This document shows, one piece after another, positions 26,114 to 32,000 of a stretch of 32,000 bases of DNA. The stretch is from Candidatus Thorarchaeota archaeon. GTDB taxonomy: Archaea; Asgardarchaeota; Heimdallarchaeia; Hodarchaeales; Hodarchaeaceae. The stretch covers positions 91,894 through 123,893 of the forward strand of contig JBHLRO010000009.1 in NCBI GenBank assembly GCA_048882505.1. The letters are read 5' to 3'. Made by a program: the position numbers and the translations under genes. Position 1 is the first letter of the stretch. The number at the start of each line of letters is the position of its first letter. The notes under the pieces were generated by a model. It did no database searches, had not been told where the DNA came from, and saw nothing but the letters and a program-made list of their open reading frames with translations.

Positions 26114-27775
26114 ATGTCAGAAACATCAAAACCAACCCCTATCCATTGGATAGATGAACTGACAAGCAAAATAATTGACAATTGGCCTGATATCAAACAC
26201 TTTAATTGCAATTGTGGGATTTCTGTATCAGGCAGACAGCACGTTGGCCGATTGCGAGGCGAAATCGTCTTAACGAACGCAGTTGTCAATGAATTGGAGC
26301 GTGCTGGCTATTCTGCAAGCCATTCCCTAATCTTATATACATCAGATCCGTGGAAGGGGAAACCTGCTCAAATTAATGCCTTTAAAGATTCCCAGGAAGG
26401 CCAGCAATATATTGATTGGCGTCTCGTAGACGTACCTGACCCGACAGGAAAATATTCATCCTGGGTGGACTTTTTTTGGCAAGATTTTGGTGATCCGCTT
26501 CCCCTCTTTGGGCGAGATGTCCAAATAGTTCGAACGCATGAGCTTTACCAAGAAAAGCGAATGCAAGACGTAATTCTTGAGTTGATTGGAAAAAAGGAAC
26601 AAGTACGCGAGATACTCAACAAATATCGCCCAGAAAATCCATTTCCTGAGGGATGGATTCCGTTCAATCCGAGATGTTCTAACTGCAACCGAATTGGCAC
26701 GACTACCGCTCTCGAAGTGAACCTTTCTTCATATGAAGTCCGTTATTCCTGTAAAGGTTGTCATACGGAGGGATGGGCGGATATGAAGCTGGGAAAACTG
26801 AACTGGCGCCTAGAATGGGCTACGATTTGGTACTTGCTCGATGTACACTTTGAACCCTATGGGAAGGATCATGCAACAGCGGGTGGTTCACGGGATAGCT
26901 GTGTTGAAGTTCTTCGATCTGTTCTCGGTCATCCTGGCCCATATGGTTATTGGAACGAATGGGTCGGATATTCCGAAGGAAGGACTGATTACGGTGACAT
27001 GACGAGCTCAGGATTCATCGGTTTCACTCCAAAGGATTGGCTCAAATACGCGAGCCCAGAAGTCCTTAAATATCTTTACCTAAAGATTCCTCCACGAAGA
27101 CGAATTGTTTTGGGATTTGATAAAATTCCTTACTACATTGCGGACTATGACCGGGCTGAAAGGGTCTATTCAGGACAAGAAACCTTGGACGACCCCTCAG
27201 AACGTCACGCTATAGTTCGAAGTTTCGAGATTGTATTCTACAATGAAGTTCCGGAATATCGGGAGTTTCAATTAGACTTTAATCATTCAGTAATCTTGGC
27301 ACAAATTGTACTTCCTGATGAACGCGGAGTGGAACAGGCGATTCAAAAACTGTCGACCACTGAAATCTTATCTGAAACACCAGATCAGGAAGGACGATCT
27401 TATATCTCATCACGACTGACACAAGCCCGACAATGGGCTCTTGATCACGCTCCTGAATCCTTACGCTTCAAGATTACCGATAAAATTCCTGATGTTTTAC
27501 CAGATGGCGTTGATCGACGATATTATGACCTGATCACTAAATTGAAAACCAGGTTATCTCAAATCAAATGGACAGAGTTAGAAATCAAGAGGTGTATGGT
27601 CGAAATACGTGACGGAGAAGAGCTCAGCAAAAAAGAAATGCAACAATTCTTCAAAACCTTATATTATCTTTTTCTTGGCTCGTCGCGCGGTCCACGATTG
27701 GCTCCTTTTCTTGCGGCCCTCGACCAGGAATGGGTAATTAATCGTCTTGAAGCCTTTGAAACACTGGTTGTATAG
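26114..27775 (+). CDS. lysS: Lysyl-tRNA synthetase, class I
   Basis: HWID, SGRQHVG (HIGH-like), KLNWRLEW, EPYGKDHA, MTSS (KMSKS-like) and GPRLAPF motifs, plus Zn-knuckle CSNC/CKGC. Confidence 0.96.
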   Translation: MSETSKPTPIHWIDELTSKIIDNWPDIKHFNCNCGISVSGRQHVGRLRGEIVLTNAVVNELERAGYSASHSLILYTSDPWKGKPAQINAFKDSQEGQQYIDWRLVDVPDPTGKYSSWVDFFWQDFGDPLPLFGRDVQIVRTHELYQEKRMQDVILELIGKKEQVREILNKYRPENPFPEGWIPFNPRCSNCNRIGTTTALEVNLSSYEVRYSCKGCHTEGWADMKLGKLNWRLEWATIWYLLDVHFEPYGKDHATAGGSRDSCVEVLRSVLGHPGPYGYWNEWVGYSEGRTDYGDMTSSGFIGFTPKDWLKYASPEVLKYLYLKIPPRRRIVLGFDKIPYYIADYDRAERVYSGQETLDDPSERHAIVRSFEIVFYNEVPEYREFQLDFNHSVILAQIVLPDERGVEQAIQKLSTTEILSETPDQEGRSYISSRLTQARQWALDHAPESLRFKITDKIPDVLPDGVDRRYYDLITKLKTRLSQIKWTELEIKRCMVEIRDGEELSKKEMQQFFKTLYYLFLGSSRGPRLAPFLAALDQEWVINRLEAFETLVV

Positions 27776-28265
27776 TGGTGATCTTGTGACAAGTGAACAG
27801 AGTATCGATACGAATAACACGAGCTCGGTTACCGCCTCAATAGGCTGGTGGGATCTCTTAATTGCCATTACAACGGCCTCCGCCACAAATATGGCTCTTG
27901 TATTCTTTTTTACTAGTATCCTCACTGTAATTTCGACATGGGAATGGTCTAATAGTCTTCTATGGCCTCAGGAATTCTATATTGCGGGCTTTTTGGGCGG
28001 TTTTATTGGAGGCGGTTATACGTATTATGAAATTAAGAAGTCTATCCAGCAGAATCATAAATTAAAACCAGGAACAGTGATGTCATCAGATCTCTTATAC
28101 ATAATAGGCGTGCTGGGAGTCGTATACTTCCTAAATTTCTTATCAGAAAGTTCCCTATTATATGGCCTATTTTTTGTCATTGTGATACTCTGGTTTACGG
28201 TTTTCGCTCAAAACGTCATAAAAATCATCTGGTGGGGGTACGATTTTCACCCAGTTGAATCCTAA
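27747..28265 (+). CDS. Hypothetical membrane protein (~4 TM); the start may be GTG at 27786
   Basis: Four hydrophobic segments. GGTGA lies just upstream of the GTG at 27786. Confidence 0.7.
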   Translation: MKPLKHWLYSGDLVTSEQSIDTNNTSSVTASIGWWDLLIAITTASATNMALVFFFTSILTVISTWEWSNSLLWPQEFYIAGFLGGFIGGGYTYYEIKKSIQQNHKLKPGTVMSSDLLYIIGVLGVVYFLNFLSESSLLYGLFFVIVILWFTVFAQNVIKIIWWGYDFHPVES

Positions 28266-28335
28266 ACGTTTGCAAGAGGAATTATTCGAACGAGACTACG
28301 GGACATCTGATGAAAAAACTCCTCATTTACCCCTT

Positions 28336-28355
28336 AAAACCTGAAAGGTTTTTTT
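28336..28355 (+). terminator. Hairpin AAAACCT-GAA-AGGTTTT running into a T tract; possible terminator
   Basis: 7-bp inverted repeat followed by T residues, downstream of the lysS unit. Confidence 0.35.
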
Positions 28356-28439
28356 AGCTTAAAGTCCCTGAGAATATGAAACAGGAAGAAAGTTCTCGGC
28401 GAAATTGCAGCTATGGATTATTGAAGTTAGTGGAAAAAA

Positions 28440-28853
28440 GTGGCACAATTTAGAACCTTTGGCTGGATCGCTCGACAAAATCCGCATGTTCGGGTTACAG
28501 AAGACGTTGTTTCAAATGATTCTGGATATAAATTCCCTCAGCTGTCCGATAAAGTCCCTCAATTGAATATCCCCTTAGAAGAGCGAAAAAAGTGGTTTAA
28601 AAGAGGTAGTCTCTGGCCTACAATGATCCTTGTCGAAAAAAGATATGGGGAAGCAAATTCTCAAAGAATTGAGCGAGCCTACGTGCGCGTTTATCGTCAA
28701 TCAGATGGTGCCATACTTGATGTTCTGGTCGGGGATAGCCTCGATCTCGCTACTCTTCTCGCAGTAGAATTTGGAGTTCCCCTATTTAGTGTAACATGTA
28801 GTAGAAAGGGGATGCGTGGGGTGGCACAACGTATTCCAATTGAGCTCGAGTGA
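28440..28853 (+). CDS. Hypothetical protein (137 aa)
   Basis: ORF fills the intergenic space and has a GTG start. No motif recognised. Confidence 0.6.
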   Translation: MAQFRTFGWIARQNPHVRVTEDVVSNDSGYKFPQLSDKVPQLNIPLEERKKWFKRGSLWPTMILVEKRYGEANSQRIERAYVRVYRQSDGAILDVLVGDSLDLATLLAVEFGVPLFSVTCSRKGMRGVAQRIPIELE

Positions 28854-28897
28854 AAATGGAAACTAACGAGAGCCACTGAGACAGATCTCGACCACTT

Positions 28898-29134
28898 TTA
28901 TTTATGGAGTACTTGACTGAACTTTAAAACAGTCGAGATAGTACGAACTACACCTTCCGTATCAATGTACAGCAGCCGTACATGCGGATGTTCCGCGTCA
29001 TCAAGACCGTGATTGTCGATAAAGAGATCCAGACCCGTTACGTCGGGCTTCAGCTCGTCCGCAGAAATACCAAGAGCTAGTGTTTCATTACAGATACTAC
29101 AAGGTTCGGTTCGAAGTCTAAGAATCTCATTCAA
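28898..29134 (-). CDS. Small putative Zn-binding protein (CxxC...H...H)
   Basis: CSIC...GL.LFIDNHG....HPHVRLLYIDTEGVVR. TTG start with GGGTTGA upstream; it starts 38 nt after the stop of the large surface protein gene on the same strand. Confidence 0.7.
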   Translation of the reverse strand: MNEILRLRTEPCSICNETLALGISADELKPDVTGLDLFIDNHGLDDAEHPHVRLLYIDTEGVVRTISTVLKFSQVLHK

Positions 29135-29171
29135 GGCTGATCAACCCTACGATACATTTATTTACCCGAAT

Positions 29172-32000
29172 CTACGAGAATCGGTCCCTCTCATCAGAGG
29201 GATCAAAAGAAGGGGCTTCTTCGTCTGATCCAAGGAAATCCGCTTCAAAATCCTCCATGATGTCGTCGGAGATATCTTCGACCTCTGTTTCGATTTCCTC
29301 AAGGACTTCAACTGTACCTGAGATAAATGAACGAAACTCTCTTGTTTTTTGGAGAAATTTCTCCTTGGTTTCACCAGCCAAGAGTAGTTCCTTCAATTCA
29401 ACAATTCCATCCGCGATCTCTTCCTGAAACGTATGGGCGACCTCTGCCCATTTTTCCCGCATGAGTAACATTAGTAATAAGACACCTTGACCGCCTCCTT
29501 CTGGAACTTGATCAAGTGTGAGAGTAGATAGCCATTGTTGAGGTAGTGTCGATACTGGATACGCATACACTAGCGCCGTACACCCAATTTCTTCTATCTG
29601 GAAATCGACAAAAGTAGTCTGATCGGTTGCTCTTAGTTGCATAATAAAATCAACCGAATTATTCGCTTTATCAGCCAATTCTTTCAAGTACTGATAGAAA
29701 TTCCCAATCATGCTAGGTTCCCAAGCTAGGATACTAACAATTCCCTCCCGTTGACCAAATGCGCCCACAAACCCGAACATTGCTTCTTCCCCTATATAAG
29801 CCAAGCGTTCACTCCGACGTAAAGCAACATCGAAGCGTTGTCGGCGCACGATACGGACACGACGACGTTGGACTGCTTTGATCAACGTAAAGAACGCAAC
29901 AAAGATCGTTACAACCACCGCTTCCGCTGCAATTAATCCCACTACTGTAGTAACAAAAATTGGCGTTACATAAATCCGACTAACGCCAAATTCATCATTA
30001 TCATTGTTATCCACTACATAGACTCTATATTCGATTCTTTCGCTTCCTACCACATCTGTCTGGAGTGTAAGATAGTACAAAAGCCCATCATCAGTCTTTG
30101 GGGTCATCCTATCCCAGCCACTTTCTGTTTTTTTATCAAGAAATACGGATTTCACTCCACTGCCTTGATCCTGAACTGTAATCCCTATCCAGAGTACACT
30201 AGGATAAGGGTACTCTTCAATGATGCTATTTATCCTTGGTGCAATTATATCTGGAACTTTGTAATACTCTGTTTTGTTAACGACGTTATTGAGTGGTTCC
30301 CCAAGGTCACTCACTTCCACTGTAAATGAATAGTTCAGGTCATCAAGATATCGCAAAACAAAGCGAGAGGAGCTCAGTAGTGTATAGGCATCCAGAGTCG
30401 CATTGTAAAATAATGGGAGTATATCAACTGGAGTCGTCTCAGTTCCATCAGAATTTACAGATTCAACGATTAATTTAACCTCATTCTGATTAATTTTCCC
30501 GTATGCATCTGTCGCGTTAACTATGACAAAAGTACGCCCTTCTGTCGATTTACTGGGGAAGATGGTGATGTTATGAATAATCGGGGCAATAACATCTGTT
30601 TTTGTTGTGATAAAATAATTTCCAAAAGTGTTCAAATTCCCCACTGTGTCATTTAACAGTATTTGGAATTCTAACTCGTCTCCAAAGTCAACATTTAATT
30701 TAATGAAATATTCGGACCCATTTTGGATCATGAGAGCGCTCTTGGTCTCTCCCCCAACCTGGTAGACAATTCTTACACTTGAGGTCGCATCTCCAAAATC
30801 TGAGGTGTTCACACGAATAAGAACAGTGCCGTTTCCCATTTCACGAATAAAATAAGGATCAGTGACATTCGTGGAACTGACGATTTCAGGACCAGCGTTA
30901 TCCTGAATGGTTTTACTTAGAATTTCCGTTACATGAGAATTGTTCGCTTCATCGAACATGACGAAATAGAAATCAATTACATCATCAAAATCAAAATTCA
31001 CTAGCTCAACCCAATGACTTTCATTGTATCCCGCATTACTGATTTTGGAAGGAAAAACAAAGGTCAGATTTAGGTTAATATTCGTATCGATTTGCGTTCC
31101 TGTCCGATTATAGACAACTGTAACATTCTTAACATCGCTGGCCCATGTACCCTCGCTGAAATTCGCCCAGAATTTGTTTTGTATGACGATATCGGTTCTA
31201 GCGAGCCCATAGCTCGTAGGTACTGGCCCTTGAGTATCATTTACATTATTCAAGCCAAGAATCAGGATGTCATCAAACCAAACGTCAAAATATTCATTAT
31301 AATACTCTCGTGTATTGAGATATGCCCCCAGTTCGAGTGTAAAGTTCGCAGCGGGAACCTGAGGAACTGAAAAACTTCTACTAAAGTTAAACCACTGTTC
31401 GTCGAGAGTGACTTCGGGGCCCACCCTATAAAAAACGGTTCCATTAGGATTTTTGCTCGAAACGGGCCCTTCCAACCAAAATGACTTATTCTCATCATCC
31501 GAATTGCGGATACGAGCTCTAATTTCCTGGAAATCGTAAGTTCCGTCCAAAACTACTCCATTGGGGAGTTTAGTGTAATTATCAAACGCACCATCCGGGG
31601 CGTCAAAGCGCCATTTAAAACTGACATTAATCACATCATATGCGGCAGGAATAGGGAAACCTATTTCCCATCCTGCAGAAAGTCCACCTGTTATTTCTGG
31701 AAAAGATGAGTCATTAACTGGTTCAGCATTCCCTATTCTGACAAATAACGAATTATTAACATTGACCTGATTAGAAACTATAAATCCATCTTGGTAAACA
31801 GAGGGGGTCGAAACGGCCCATGGATCAGAACCTAGCACGTCCTGCCAGATGTTTTCTGCAAATTGGATTGCTCCGTTATTCTTAGTTCCTGTTTCATTCA
31901 ATAAAACAGTAGTATCTAATTGCTGAATTGCGTATCGTGGATTAAGGTTCGAGTCAAGAACGTTGTCCAGAGAATTTGCAGCTTCAGGGTCATCCCTTAG
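29172..32000 (-). CDS. Large single-pass surface glycoprotein with Ig-like repeats and a cytoplasmic uDENN/longin-like domain; 5'-truncated by the window end
   Basis: The frame stays open from 31901 to 32000 (LRDDPEAANSLDNV...). It has four D-x-x-[AG]-P repeat starts and about 26 N-x-S/T sequons before the TM helix IFVTTVVGLIAAEAVVVTIFVAFFTLI, then an Arg-rich stop-transfer, a ~220-aa soluble domain and an acidic tail. Confidence 0.85.
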   Translation of the reverse strand, partial: LRDDPEAANSLDNVLDSNLNPRYAIQQLDTTVLLNETGTKNNGAIQFAENIWQDVLGSDPWAVSTPSVYQDGFIVSNQVNVNNSLFVRIGNAEPVNDSSFPEITGGLSAGWEIGFPIPAAYDVINVSFKWRFDAPDGAFDNYTKLPNGVVLDGTYDFQEIRARIRNSDDENKSFWLEGPVSSKNPNGTVFYRVGPEVTLDEQWFNFSRSFSVPQVPAANFTLELGAYLNTREYYNEYFDVWFDDILILGLNNVNDTQGPVPTSYGLARTDIVIQNKFWANFSEGTWASDVKNVTVVYNRTGTQIDTNINLNLTFVFPSKISNAGYNESHWVELVNFDFDDVIDFYFVMFDEANNSHVTEILSKTIQDNAGPEIVSSTNVTDPYFIREMGNGTVLIRVNTSDFGDATSSVRIVYQVGGETKSALMIQNGSEYFIKLNVDFGDELEFQILLNDTVGNLNTFGNYFITTKTDVIAPIIHNITIFPSKSTEGRTFVIVNATDAYGKINQNEVKLIVESVNSDGTETTPVDILPLFYNATLDAYTLLSSSRFVLRYLDDLNYSFTVEVSDLGEPLNNVVNKTEYYKVPDIIAPRINSIIEEYPYPSVLWIGITVQDQGSGVKSVFLDKKTESGWDRMTPKTDDGLLYYLTLQTDVVGSERIEYRVYVVDNNDNDEFGVSRIYVTPIFVTTVVGLIAAEAVVVTIFVAFFTLIKAVQRRRVRIVRRQRFDVALRRSERLAYIGEEAMFGFVGAFGQREGIVSILAWEPSMIGNFYQYLKELADKANNSVDFIMQLRATDQTTFVDFQIEEIGCTALVYAYPVSTLPQQWLSTLTLDQVPEGGGQGVLLLMLLMREKWAEVAHTFQEEIADGIVELKELLLAGETKEKFLQKTREFRSFISGTVEVLEEIETEVEDISDDIMEDFEADFLGSDEEAPSFDPSDERDRFS

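Noticed and set aside
398-31498. Numerous short ORFs (60-141 aa) in the track that overlap longer genes on the opposite strand or in another frame, e.g. 16734..17159, 6267..6575, 22137..24551 set, 31092..31370
   Set aside because: They are shadows of well-supported genes, with no motifs or RBSs.
1-32000. CRISPR arrays, rRNA/tRNA genes, transposases, integrases
   Set aside because: No regularly spaced direct repeats, RNA-gene signatures or recombinase/transposase motifs were seen; nearly all of the sequence is explained by CDSs.

Overview
Gene-dense archaeal window, most likely an Asgard archaeon (Heimdallarchaeia-like). The assignment is inferred from a class I LysRS, BRE/TATA promoters, GGTGA-type ribosome-binding sites, longin-like proteins and a CCDC47-like protein. 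No rRNA, tRNA, CRISPR array or mobile element was recognised. In order: (1) the end of a FixX-like ferredoxin plus etfB/etfA; (2) DUF2249, an NnrS-like membrane protein and a SCO copper chaperone; (3) feoB, an unannotated 8-Cys mini-protein that has no canonical start codon, and a DtxR-FeoA fusion; (4) a LysE exporter divergent from four C-N hydrolases (arginase-like, amidinotransferase/ADI-like, CE4 deacetylase, isochorismatase-like); (5) an uncharacterised module of two nucleotidyltransferase-fold paralogues, a metallophosphoesterase and an APC permease whose ~165-nt leader is highly structured and riboswitch-like, followed by two orphan genes; (6) a CCDC47/PAT-complex-like protein, deoC, an anchored PQQ-dependent sugar dehydrogenase, ppdK, a longin plus roadblock-like protein and lysS; (7) a small Zn-binding protein and a large, 5'-truncated glycosylated surface protein with a cytoplasmic uDENN/longin-like domain. 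The best candidates for new biology are the NTase/phosphoesterase/permease module with its leader RNA, the surface receptor with a DENN-like tail, and the CCDC47-like protein. All family assignments come from motif recognition by eye; no search was run.
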